From Phycisphaerales bacterium (lineage in GTDB: Bacteria; Planctomycetota; Phycisphaerae; Phycisphaerales; UBA1924), in contig CAJPFG010000023.1 of NCBI GenBank assembly GCA_905339235.1, positions 89,621-153,620 on the forward strand: a DNA stretch of 64,000 nucleotides, read 5' to 3'. The position numbers and the translations under genes are program-made. The notes below the pieces were generated by a model. It ran no database searches. It saw only the letters and a list, made by a program, of their open reading frames with translations, and had not been told where the DNA came from. Positions within the stretch are counted from its first letter, which is position 1; each line of letters opens with the position of its first letter. Positions 8,880-17,445 of this stretch are shown in pieces.

Positions 8880-9680
8880 ATGGAAACAACCGACTCACTG
8901 TCTGTGTTGATCGCCCACGTGATTCCCTTCACGCTGGTGCTGTTTCGCCTGGCCGGGGTCTTCCTGATGGCGCCGATCCTCACCAGCACGATGATCCCGA
9001 CCAAGTTCCGGGCGTTGCTCGCGACCGTGCTGGCCGTCGCGGCGTACCCGATGGTGGCGCCGGTGCTCACCGCGCCGGCGGAGATCGACCTGTTCGGGCT
9101 CCTGCCGCTGATCGCGTGCGAGGCGATGATCGGGCTATGCGTGGGCGCGCTCGCCGCGATCCCGCTGCTTTCGCTGGAACTTTCGGGCGTGATGATGGGG
9201 CAGAGCATCGGGTTCGGGCTGGCGCGGGTGTACAACCCCGAGTCCGACGTGGACACGGACCTTCTGGGCCAACTGTTGCTCATGGTCGCGACGGGCGTGT
9301 TCGTGGCGGTGGGGGGGATCGAATCGCTGTTCGGAGGGATTGTCCGCTCCTTCGAACGAGTCCCGGTCGGGAGCGTTGGCGCGGGCCAGGCGCCGCTGGA
9401 CCTGTTCCTAGGCGTGCTGGCGTCGGGCTGCGACCTGGGGCTGCGAGTGGCCATGCCGGTCGTCGGCTCGACGCTGCTGCTGGTCATCGTTCTGGGTGTG
9501 GTGGGGAAGACCATGCCGCAGATCAACATCATGACCGTGGGGTTTGCAATCAAGATCTTCGCGGGGTTGTGCGTCCTCGCGCTCGCCATGGTCGCGGTGC
9601 GGGAGATCGTCGGAACCGCCACGGACGACGCGATCGACCGGTCGCTCGCATGGCTGCAATCTCTCGGAGGGGCCCGCTAG
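8880..9680 (+). CDS. fliR: Flagellar export apparatus protein FliR
   Basis: Polytopic membrane protein with FliR-like segments (FTLVLFRLAGVFLMAPIL...MIGLCVGALAAIPLLSLELSGVMMGQSIGFG...). Located between fliQ and flhB. Confidence 0.85.
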   Translation: METTDSLSVLIAHVIPFTLVLFRLAGVFLMAPILTSTMIPTKFRALLATVLAVAAYPMVAPVLTAPAEIDLFGLLPLIACEAMIGLCVGALAAIPLLSLELSGVMMGQSIGFGLARVYNPESDVDTDLLGQLLLMVATGVFVAVGGIESLFGGIVRSFERVPVGSVGAGQAPLDLFLGVLASGCDLGLRVAMPVVGSTLLLVIVLGVVGKTMPQINIMTVGFAIKIFAGLCVLALAMVAVREIVGTATDDAIDRSLAWLQSLGGAR

Positions 9681-9681
9681 C

Positions 9682-10746
9682 ATGGCCGAGGACCTGGGCG
9701 AAAAGACCGAGGCGCCAACGTCGCGACGGCTCGAAGAGGCCCGCGAGAAAGGCCAGATCGCCAAAAGCCAGGACCTGGCCTCCGCCATCGACCTCATCGG
9801 CGCCGCCATCGTGATCCTGCTGCTCGGCGCCTTCGTCGCGAACGGCATGGCGGAAGTGGTCCGGCGCGTGCTCGGAGACGACTCGCCCTTACTCGATGCC
9901 GAGTTCGCCGGCGAACTGATTCGCGACGTCAGCATCCGCGCGGGGCTCGCCGTCGCCCCGGTGCTCGGCATCGTCGTGGTCATCGGGATCATCTCGCACC
10001 TTCTCCAGGTCGGACCGCACTTCACCACGCAGCCCCTGGTTCCGAACTTCGAACGGCTCAACCCGGTGGCGGGCCTGGGCAGGCTCTTCGGCCGGCGGAA
10101 CCTCGTCAAGACGCTGGTCAACTCCCTGAAACTGGTACTCGTGCTGGTGGTTTCGTACGTGGTGCTGCAGGGCGCGGTGGCCCAAGTCGCCGCCTTCCCC
10201 CGCCTGCACCTGCAGGGATCGTTGGGCGTGCTCGGAAAACTCGCCCTGGAACTCGCCGCGTGGCTGCTGGTGCTGCTGCTCGTCCTGGGCTTCATCGACT
10301 ACCTGTTCCAGCGATGGCAGCACACGCAGGATTTGCGGATGACCAAGGAGCAGGTCAAGGACGAACGCCGGAGCATGGAGGGCGATCCCAAGGTCAAGGC
10401 CGCGAGATCGCGGCTCGCCCGGCAGATCGCCCTCCAGCGGATCAACCAGGCCGTGCCCAAGGCGGACGTTATCGTTACCAACCCCACGCACTTTTCGGTG
10501 GCCCTGAAGTACGACGAGGCGACCATGCGCGCTCCCAGGGTAATCGCAAAGGGTGCCGACTACCTCGCCTTCCGCATCCGGCAGGTCGCCGCGATCAACC
10601 GCGTCCCGATCGTCGAGCGTCCCCCTCTCGCCCGCGCGCTGTACGCAGGGTGCGAGGTCGGCGAAGAAATTCCTCCCGAACTCTACCAGGCCGTTGCCGA
10701 AGTCCTCGCGTTCGTGTACCGCCTTGAGTCCGAAGCCGTCGCCTGA
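9682..10746 (+). CDS. flhB: Flagellar export apparatus protein FlhB
   Basis: MAEDLGEKTEAPTSRRLEEAREKGQIAKSQDL is the FlhB N-terminus. NPTH autocleavage motif is present (VIVTNPTHFSVALKYD), followed by the C-terminal PPLARALY motif. Confidence 0.9.
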   Translation: MAEDLGEKTEAPTSRRLEEAREKGQIAKSQDLASAIDLIGAAIVILLLGAFVANGMAEVVRRVLGDDSPLLDAEFAGELIRDVSIRAGLAVAPVLGIVVVIGIISHLLQVGPHFTTQPLVPNFERLNPVAGLGRLFGRRNLVKTLVNSLKLVLVLVVSYVVLQGAVAQVAAFPRLHLQGSLGVLGKLALELAAWLLVLLLVLGFIDYLFQRWQHTQDLRMTKEQVKDERRSMEGDPKVKAARSRLARQIALQRINQAVPKADVIVTNPTHFSVALKYDEATMRAPRVIAKGADYLAFRIRQVAAINRVPIVERPPLARALYAGCEVGEEIPPELYQAVAEVLAFVYRLESEAVA

Positions 10747-10754
10747 CCTGACCC

Positions 10755-12959
10755 ATGGCCAAAGCCCCGCCAATCCGCAAGCCCGCCGTCAAGCCGCCAT
10801 CCACCGCCGCGGCCGTCCCTCTGCCGCTGGTGCTCCCGGCGTGGATTCAGCGCATCCACCGAATCCGCGGGTACGTCGTACCCATCGCGTTCGTACTGAT
10901 GATGGCGGTACTGCTCGTGCCGATGCCGCCGATCGCGATGGATGTGCTGATCTCCCTGAACATCAGCCTCTCGCTCATCATCCTCCTGACGACGATCTAC
11001 ATGGATCACCCGCTGGATTTCAGCGTGTTCCCGTCGCTGCTGCTCGCCACCACGCTTTTGCGGCTGGTTCTCAACGTGGCCAGCACGCGATTGATCCTCA
11101 CCGCGGATGCCGACAGCCCCGAGGCCGCGGCCACCGTCGCCGGACACGTCATCCTGGCCTTCGGCCAGTTCGTCGCGGGAGACTCTCTCTTTGTGGGAAT
11201 CGTGATCTTCCTGATCATGGTGATCGTTCAGTTCATGGTGATCACCAAGGGCGCCACGCGCATTTCCGAGGTCGCGGCCCGATTCACGCTCGACGCCATG
11301 CCCGGAAAGCAGATGGCGATCGACGCCGACCTGAACGCCGGCGTGATCGACGACATCGAGGCCCGGCGCCGGCGGGAACGCATCTCGCAGGAGGCGGACT
11401 TCTTCGGCGCCATGGACGGCGCCTCCAAGTTCGTCCGGGGTGACGCCATCGCCGGGCTGATCATCACCGCCATCAACGTCGTCGGCGGTTTCGCGGTGGG
11501 CATGATCTCCCGCGGCTGGGAGCCCGGAAAGACCGCCGAGGTCTTTACCAAACTCACCATCGGCGACGGGCTGACCGCCCAGATTCCTTCATTCGTGATC
11601 TCGATTGCCTCCGCCCTTATCGTGACGCGATCAGGATCGAAGGCTCAACTGGGCAACGAGTTGGCCGACCAGGTCATCAGCCAGCCGAAGGGACTCTTCA
11701 TCACCGCCGCGTTCCTCGGCCTGCTCGCCCTGACCCCGCTGCCCACCATCCCGCTGGCCACAACCGCGTTGCTCCTCGGGGGCATCGCGTGGGCGATGGG
11801 CCGCTCGGCACGCAAGGCGGATGAGGCGAAGGCCGCCGCGCCCGCGGCCGCCAAACTCGAACCCCCGCCGGTCGAGCAACTCCTGAAGGTCGATGTCTTG
11901 GAATTGGAGGTCGGCTACGGCCTGGTGCAACTGGTAGACGCCTCCCAAGGCGGAGACCTGCTGGATCGGATCTCGGCGATCCGCCGCCAACTGGCCGTGG
12001 AACTCGGCCTGGTGATGCCCCCCGTCCGAATCCGCGACAACATGCAACTGGGGCTGCACGACTACCGACTGAAGATCCGGGGCAACGTGATTGCCACGGG
12101 CCAGACTCGCCCCGGGCGGATGCTGGCGATGGATTCCGGCATTACCACGGGCCCGATCGAGGGCGAGAAGACGCGCGAGCCGGCCTTCGGCCTGGACGCG
12201 TGGTGGATCGATCCGGCCCTTCGCTCCCGTGCCGAGACCATGAACTACACGGTGGTGGACCCCGCCAGCGTGCTCGCCACGCACATCACCGAGATCGTCC
12301 GCAAGCACGCGGACGAACTCCTGACCCGCGACGAGGTGAACAACCTCCTCGAGCAACTCAAGCAGTCCGCCCCCAAACTGGTCGAGGAGAGCGTGCCGGC
12401 CGTGGTCAAGCCGATCGACCTTCAGAAGATCCTTCAAAACCTCCTGCGCGAGCGCGTGCCGATCCGCGACCTCGAGACCATCGTCGAGACCCTCGCCGAC
12501 TGGGGGACCAAGACCAAAGACCTCGACGTGCTCACCGAGTACGTCCGCAATGCGATCCGCCGCACGATCTGCCATCAGCACGCCTCGCCCCGCACCCCCG
12601 GCGCCGTGCCGCGCCTGGTCTGCGTCACACTGGACCCGACTCTGGAGGACCAGATCAACTCGTTCATCGACCGCGGGGCCGCCGGCACGAGTTTCACCAT
12701 GCCCGCCCGGCTCGCCGGGCGGATCGCCGAGCAAACTTCCAAGGCCCTGCATCAGGTGATCGCGGCCGGAAACCCGGCGGTGGTCCTCGCATCGCCGCAG
12801 GTTCGGGCGGTCGTTCGCCAGATCCTCGAGCCCAGCATCCCCAACATCGTGGTCCTCGGCTACAACGAGGTCGTGCAGGGGGTCGAGGTCGAGTCGATAG
12901 CACTGGTCATGCCTCCTCCCGCCGAAGAATCCCGCCGACCCGCCTCCGCAGCCGCCTAG
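10755..12959 (+). CDS. flhA: Flagellar export apparatus protein FlhA
   Basis: 734 aa. Conserved FlhA TM region (LISLNISLSLIILLTTIYMDHPLDFSVFPSLLLATTLLRLVLNVASTRLIL..., ARFTLDAMPGKQMAIDADL, FVRGDAIAGLIITAINVVGGF) and a cytoplasmic domain. Confidence 0.95.
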   Translation: MAKAPPIRKPAVKPPSTAAAVPLPLVLPAWIQRIHRIRGYVVPIAFVLMMAVLLVPMPPIAMDVLISLNISLSLIILLTTIYMDHPLDFSVFPSLLLATTLLRLVLNVASTRLILTADADSPEAAATVAGHVILAFGQFVAGDSLFVGIVIFLIMVIVQFMVITKGATRISEVAARFTLDAMPGKQMAIDADLNAGVIDDIEARRRRERISQEADFFGAMDGASKFVRGDAIAGLIITAINVVGGFAVGMISRGWEPGKTAEVFTKLTIGDGLTAQIPSFVISIASALIVTRSGSKAQLGNELADQVISQPKGLFITAAFLGLLALTPLPTIPLATTALLLGGIAWAMGRSARKADEAKAAAPAAAKLEPPPVEQLLKVDVLELEVGYGLVQLVDASQGGDLLDRISAIRRQLAVELGLVMPPVRIRDNMQLGLHDYRLKIRGNVIATGQTRPGRMLAMDSGITTGPIEGEKTREPAFGLDAWWIDPALRSRAETMNYTVVDPASVLATHITEIVRKHADELLTRDEVNNLLEQLKQSAPKLVEESVPAVVKPIDLQKILQNLLRERVPIRDLETIVETLADWGTKTKDLDVLTEYVRNAIRRTICHQHASPRTPGAVPRLVCVTLDPTLEDQINSFIDRGAAGTSFTMPARLAGRIAEQTSKALHQVIAAGNPAVVLASPQVRAVVRQILEPSIPNIVVLGYNEVVQGVEVESIALVMPPPAEESRRPASAAA

Positions 12960-13005
12960 TTCCCATTCCGTCCTGAATTCTCTTCGATTCTGCTTCTCGC
13001 ACCCA

Positions 13006-13040
13006 CTGGTTGACTCCGCCCAAACTTGCTACTCTGTGCG
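13006..13040 (+). promoter_or_regulatory. Candidate internal promoter/regulatory motif upstream of flhF
   Basis: Locally AT-richer 125-nt flhA-flhF spacer with TTGACT (13010-15) and CTACTCTGTGCG (13029-40). A near-identical TACTCTGTcGCG recurs upstream of fliA. Confidence 0.25.
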
Positions 13041-13084
13041 ATCACGACCCGTCGGAGACGGGCGACCCGCCACGGAAGGCGACG

Positions 13085-14365
13085 ATGAAACTCAAGACCT
13101 ACACCGCGAACTCCATGGCACAGGCACTCGCCGAGGTCAAGAAAGACCTTGGCAAGGATGCTGTAATTCTGCACACCCGGGTTCACAAAGCGGGCGCCGT
13201 GATGGGCATCGGTGGACGGCAGGTGGTTGAAATCACGGCGTCCGACCAGGCCGCGGCCCGGCGTCCTGCGGCCTCTCAGGTTCCTACCCGGGCCGAGGCC
13301 TCATCATTCTCGCCGACTCGCTTCCAATCGGTGCGGACCGAGCCGCTTGCTCCCGCTGTCGTCGAAACAAAGCCCGTTTCTTCGCCGGTTCCGCTGGCGG
13401 TTCGGGTGGAGCCCGCCCCGGTCGATGCCGAAGGGCTCGCATCGCTCCGCGAAGACCTGGCCGCCATCAAGCGCCTGGTCGGCCAGGCCCTTGCCAACGC
13501 CAGCGGCAAGGCCGCCGGTCCCGCCCCGGACATGCCCGTCGCCCTCTCCGACCTCTACACCCGGCTGCGAGAAGACGGCCTGCGCCCCGAGATCGCCGAC
13601 GCAATAGCGTCGGGCGTGCGGGATGAACTGTCCGCCGCAGAACTGTCGGACCCCGATGTCGCAAGGTCGGCAGTCGTGCGGCATGTGGGGAACCGGATAC
13701 AGACGGTGGGCGTGGTATCCAAAGCCGGCCTCCAACCCGACAACCGTCCTCTGACCATCGCCCTGGTGGGGCCTACCGGCGTCGGCAAGACGACGACGAT
13801 CGCCAAACTGGCCGCGGCGTACAAACTCCGGCTCGGCAAACGGGTCGGACTGGTGACCTGCGATACCTACCGCATCGCAGCGGTCGAGCAGTTGCGAACC
13901 TACGCGGGCATCATTTCCATCCCGCTCAAGGTCGCCATCAGCCACGAGGAAGTCGCCGAGGCGTGCCGGTCGCTTCATGATTGCGATGTCATCATTCTCG
14001 ATACGCCCGGCCGCAGCCAGCACGACTCCGCCCGCCTCGACGAACTCGCGGCCTGCGTCGATGCCGCTCGCCCGCACGAGACCCACCTGGTCCTCTCCGC
14101 GTCGGTGGCCGAAGGTGTGCTCGGCCGCGCGGCCGAGCTCTTCACTCGGGTCAAACCCGACCGGCTTGTCATTACCAAACTCGACGAGGCAGTACAGTTC
14201 GCCCCGATCGTGAATCTGGCAGGCCGAACCGGCCTGCGTTTGAGTTTCGTGACCACCGGGCAGGAAGTTCCGGACCACATCGAACTGGCTTCCGCGGCCC
14301 GTCTGGCTTCCTTGGTCGTCGATGGACGTGCGGCGCTCGAACGATCGGAGGCGGTGCACGCGTGA
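13085..14365 (+). CDS. flhF: Flagellar biosynthesis GTPase FlhF (SRP-type)
   Basis: SRP-GTPase motifs LVGPTGVGKTTTIAKLAA, VTCDTYRIAAVEQL, ILDTPGRSQHD and VITKLDE. Located between flhA and flhG. Confidence 0.85.
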   Translation: MKLKTYTANSMAQALAEVKKDLGKDAVILHTRVHKAGAVMGIGGRQVVEITASDQAAARRPAASQVPTRAEASSFSPTRFQSVRTEPLAPAVVETKPVSSPVPLAVRVEPAPVDAEGLASLREDLAAIKRLVGQALANASGKAAGPAPDMPVALSDLYTRLREDGLRPEIADAIASGVRDELSAAELSDPDVARSAVVRHVGNRIQTVGVVSKAGLQPDNRPLTIALVGPTGVGKTTTIAKLAAAYKLRLGKRVGLVTCDTYRIAAVEQLRTYAGIISIPLKVAISHEEVAEACRSLHDCDVIILDTPGRSQHDSARLDELAACVDAARPHETHLVLSASVAEGVLGRAAELFTRVKPDRLVITKLDEAVQFAPIVNLAGRTGLRLSFVTTGQEVPDHIELASAARLASLVVDGRAALERSEAVHA

Positions 14366-14381
14366 AGGTGGGGGAGTGTCC

Positions 14382-15371
14382 ATGAGTTCGCCAACAACCA
14401 TGCCGCCCCGCGATCAGGCCTCGCGGCTGCGAGCGCTGGTTTCTTCGCTGTCCGGGCCCGGGGTTTCGATCGTCACCTGGGCGGACCGGAACTCGCCGGC
14501 CTCCGCCGCGAACCGACCGGCGCCGGCAACGCCCGTCCGCCGCGAAGTTGCCATTCCCGTCGTGGCGATCACCTCCGGCAAGGGCGGGGTCGGCAAGACC
14601 AGCGTGAGCGTGAATCTCGCCATTGCACTGGCTCGTCGCGGCGTGCGTATCTCATTGGTGGATGCGGACTTGGGTCTCGCGAACGCCGATCTGCTCTGCG
14701 GCCTGAACCCGACAACCCGGCTCGACGCGGCGGTGGATCTCTCGCGCACTCCCGGAGCGCGCCGCTCGCTCGAACAGATCGCCGTCAAGGCCCCCGGCGG
14801 GTTCCGGCTCGTGCCGGGGTCGGTTGGTCTCTCTCGGTTCGCGAATCTTCAGCCCGCGCAGCGGGAGCAGGTGCTCGATGGCCTGGCCGATCTCGAGCGG
14901 GAGAGCGACCTGATCCTGATCGATACAGGGGCAGGGCTCAACGACGGCGTTACGTCCTTCGTGCGAGAGGCGGATCTCGTTCTGGTAGTGGCGACCCCCG
15001 AGCCCACCTCCATCGCCGACTCGTATGCCCTGATGAAGTGCCTCGTCACCGAAGGTCACCCGCCCGTCTTTGCTCTTGTGGCGAACATGGTCGAATCGGA
15101 ATCCGAAGCCCTCAACGTTCACCAGCGCCTCGCCGCCACCTGCAAGCGGTTCCTGGGGCTCACTCTGCCCCTGGTCGGCATCGTCCGGCACGACGAAGCG
15201 CTCATCGACTCCGTCCGGGAACGCCGCCCGGTCATGCTTGGCACGCCGCGTGCGAGATGCAGCCGCGATATCGAGGATTTGGCCGCGAGACTCATGCGAA
15301 CGCTCAACGTCGGCCCCGTCGATCGACGCAACGGCCGACGGACTTTGTTCGGATGGTTGTCGGGCCGATAA
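14382..15371 (+). CDS. flhG: Flagellar number regulator FlhG/FleN (MinD-family ATPase)
   Basis: Deviant Walker A VAITSGKGGVGKTSVSVNLAIALA, plus LIDTGAG and other MinD/ParA-like motifs. Immediately downstream of flhF. Confidence 0.85.
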   Translation: MSSPTTMPPRDQASRLRALVSSLSGPGVSIVTWADRNSPASAANRPAPATPVRREVAIPVVAITSGKGGVGKTSVSVNLAIALARRGVRISLVDADLGLANADLLCGLNPTTRLDAAVDLSRTPGARRSLEQIAVKAPGGFRLVPGSVGLSRFANLQPAQREQVLDGLADLERESDLILIDTGAGLNDGVTSFVREADLVLVVATPEPTSIADSYALMKCLVTEGHPPVFALVANMVESESEALNVHQRLAATCKRFLGLTLPLVGIVRHDEALIDSVRERRPVMLGTPRARCSRDIEDLAARLMRTLNVGPVDRRNGRRTLFGWLSGR

Positions 15372-15504
15372 CACGTCGAGCGGCCGCCCGGGACTCCTCG
15401 CACGCGGCAGTTCGCATGGAATCTCGCGAAAGTCCTCAGGTGGTCGTGATTTGCGCCGATAGTGCGACGCGGGGGGGAACGTCCGCAAAGGGAGAGCCGT
15501 TCTG

Positions 15505-15798
15505 GTGCAGTCCGAGGGACGAATCATCGCCGTCGCCGTCGCGCTCGCCGCGTTTGTAATCGCGGTGGTCGCCGGATTGGGAGCCGGCGTTGCCACCGAT
15601 GTCATTCTCTTCCGCGCGCTGGTCGCGATGGTGATCTGCCAGGCAGGCGGCATGGCGGTGGGGGAGGTGTTCGCTCGCGTCCGCGCAGAACACGCTGCTC
15701 GCTACATCAAGGATCACCCGATCCCGTCTGTCGCGGCCCTCGCACCGGTCGAACAGGTCATCGAGGTGGGTGAAGAAACTGTGGAAAAGTCTCAATGA
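15505..15798 (+). CDS. Small membrane protein (2 predicted TM helices), uncharacterised, between flhG and fliA
   Basis: GTG start with a GGGAGAG ribosome-binding site ~10 nt upstream. IIAVAVALAAFVIAVVAGLGAGVATDVILFRALVAMVICQAGGMAVGEV are hydrophobic helices. Confidence 0.35.
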   Translation: MQSEGRIIAVAVALAAFVIAVVAGLGAGVATDVILFRALVAMVICQAGGMAVGEVFARVRAEHAARYIKDHPIPSVAALAPVEQVIEVGEETVEKSQ

Positions 15799-15830
15799 AG
15801 AATGTTCCCCATGGCGGAGCACTTGCGGGA

Positions 15831-15859
15831 TTGATTGGAATAGTGCATACTCTGTCGCG
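15831..15859 (+). promoter_or_regulatory. Candidate promoter/regulatory motif upstream of fliA
   Basis: TTGATT (15831-36) then ATACTCTGTCGCG (15847-59) in the AT-richer spacer. Shares the TACTCTGT(G)CG core with the flhF upstream region. Confidence 0.25.
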
Positions 15860-15945
15860 TTCCGGATCATGGATGATCTCGGGACGAGTGTGAGAAGACG
15901 CCCGGCGCTCGGCCGAGGCGTGCCAAGGTCAAGGAAGGACCGTCC

Positions 15946-16806
15946 ATGGCGATCAAAGCTGCGCGTTCGGGAATGCGTTCCGGCGGCCGTTTTTCGGCGC
16001 GGCACGCGGAACCATCCAAACGCTCGTCACCGCTCGACAAGCTGCCGATGCAGGACGTCTGGGTTCGGTACCAGGCCAAGCGCGAAGAGACCGTGCGCAA
16101 CTACCTGATGGAAAAGTTCCTTCCCCTCGTGCGCTACAACGCCGAGCGAATCCACACACGCCTGCCCGACGAGGTGGATGTCGAGGATCTCATGTCCGCC
16201 GGCATCTTCGGGCTCATGGACGCCATCGACGCGTTTGATCTCGAGCGCAAGGTGAAGTTCGAAACGTACTGCGCTCCGCGAATCCGCGGCGCCATCCTCG
16301 ACGAACTCCGCTCGATGGATTGGGTGCCGCGCCTCGTGCGTTCGCGCACCGGCAAGGTCGAACAGGCCCGTCAGCAGATCGAAAAGGCGACCGGACGCGC
16401 TGCCACCGACGACGAGGTTGCCGGCAAACTCAACGTCTCGGGCGAAGAGTTCGACAAACTCAAGCGAGACTCCTCGGCCGTGATGACCCGCAGTCTCTCG
16501 GCCCGCACGTTCGCGTCCGACAGCGGGCGGGAAGTCCGCGAGATCGACGTCATTCGCGACGAGACCCAGAGCAACCCCCTCACCGAAGTCCAGCGCCGCG
16601 ACCTCAAGGACCTCATGACCAAGGGGCTCTCCCGCGCCGAACGCCTCATCGTCATCCTCTACTACTACGAGGGCATGACGATGAAGGAGATCGGCGCAAC
16701 CCTCGACCTTTCCGAGTCCCGCGTCTCCCAGATGCATTCCTCCATTCTGGCCCGCCTGAAGGCCCAGATGCAGCACCGCATGCGGGAACTCGAACCCGTG
16801 GAATAA
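15946..16806 (+). CDS. fliA: Flagellar sigma factor FliA (sigma-28 / SigD family)
   Basis: Sigma-70 region 2 (EDLMSAGIFGLMDAIDAFDLERKVKFETYCAPRIRGAILDELRSMDWVPR) and region 4 HTH (LSRAERLIVILYYYEGMTMKEIGATLDLSESRVSQMHSSILARLK). AAGGAAGGA ribosome-binding site lies before the ATG at 15946; an internal ATG at 16048 is an alternative start. Confidence 0.85.
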   Translation: MAIKAARSGMRSGGRFSARHAEPSKRSSPLDKLPMQDVWVRYQAKREETVRNYLMEKFLPLVRYNAERIHTRLPDEVDVEDLMSAGIFGLMDAIDAFDLERKVKFETYCAPRIRGAILDELRSMDWVPRLVRSRTGKVEQARQQIEKATGRAATDDEVAGKLNVSGEEFDKLKRDSSAVMTRSLSARTFASDSGREVREIDVIRDETQSNPLTEVQRRDLKDLMTKGLSRAERLIVILYYYEGMTMKEIGATLDLSESRVSQMHSSILARLKAQMQHRMRELEPVE

Positions 16807-16835
16807 CCCGGGGAAATTCCACGGCACACGCACAC

Positions 16836-16862
16836 GCCCGCGTCTCGCACGCGGGTTTTTTC
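16836..16862 (+). terminator. Rho-independent terminator after fliA
   Basis: GCCCGCGTctcgcACGCGGGTTTTTTCT: 7-8 bp GC-rich stem, 5-nt loop, then a T6 tract. Sits 30 nt after the fliA stop. Confidence 0.5.
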
Positions 16863-16907
16863 TGCGCTCTCCGCGCGACTACCAGTCCCCGCGTACGCTG
16901 CGCCCTC

Positions 16908-17390
16908 GTGCCGAACCCCGCCGCCATCGCGTTGGGCTCCAACCTCGGCGACCGGCGCGCCCACCTCGAAGCCGCCCTCGCCGCGCTCTCCCGCGAGCCG
17001 GCCATCCGCAACCGGCGCGTGTCGGAGTTCATTCAGACGGCCCCGGTGAGCGACATCCCGCAAGGGCCGTATTTCAATGCCGCGGCCGTTTTCGAGACGA
17101 CGCTTCCCGCGCGCGCCCTGCTGGGTGTGCTGCTGGAGATCGAAACGGCTCGCGGGCGCGACCGCGCTCGCGAGCAGCGCTGGGGGCCGCGAACGCTGGA
17201 CCTCGACCTGCTCCTGTACGCCGACCTGGTCATCGACGAGCCGGATCTGCGAGTTCCGCACCCCCGGATGCACGAGCGGTTGTTCGTGCTCGAGCCTCTG
17301 TCGCAGGTTGCGCCAGATTGGATAGTCGCGACTCAGGGACGCACCGTCAGGCAGTTGCGGGACGCCCTTCGAGGCGAAGGCTCAGACTGA
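16908..17390 (+). CDS. folK: 2-amino-4-hydroxy-6-hydroxymethyldihydropteridine pyrophosphokinase (HPPK)
   Basis: AIALGSNLGDRRAHLEAALAALS...YFNAAAVFETTLPARALLGVLLEIETARGRDR...RWGPRTLDLDLLLY...RVPHPRMHERLFVLEPL is the HPPK signature. The track ORF (16320-17390) is a read-through; GTG at 16908 is the likely start. Confidence 0.8.
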   Translation: MPNPAAIALGSNLGDRRAHLEAALAALSREPAIRNRRVSEFIQTAPVSDIPQGPYFNAAAVFETTLPARALLGVLLEIETARGRDRAREQRWGPRTLDLDLLLYADLVIDEPDLRVPHPRMHERLFVLEPLSQVAPDWIVATQGRTVRQLRDALRGEGSD

Positions 17391-17445
17391 GCGGGCGTCA
17401 GCCCACGCGCGGCCGCTCGGCTCGCCCCCTCGATACCATCCCGGC

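Noticed and set aside
7229-9622. 797-aa minus-strand ORF spanning fliP-fliQ-fliR
   Set aside because: Antisense to well-supported flagellar genes. The translation is extremely Arg/His/Gly/Pro-rich low-complexity sequence, typical of spurious open frames in high-GC DNA.
11631-12752. 373-aa minus-strand ORF inside flhA
   Set aside because: Antisense to flhA; Gly/Asp/Arg-rich.
16320-16907. 5' two-thirds of the 356-aa track ORF 16320-17390
   Set aside because: Overlaps the fliA 3' end in another frame and then crosses the terminator. Only the 3' part from GTG 16908 encodes recognisable HPPK (folK).
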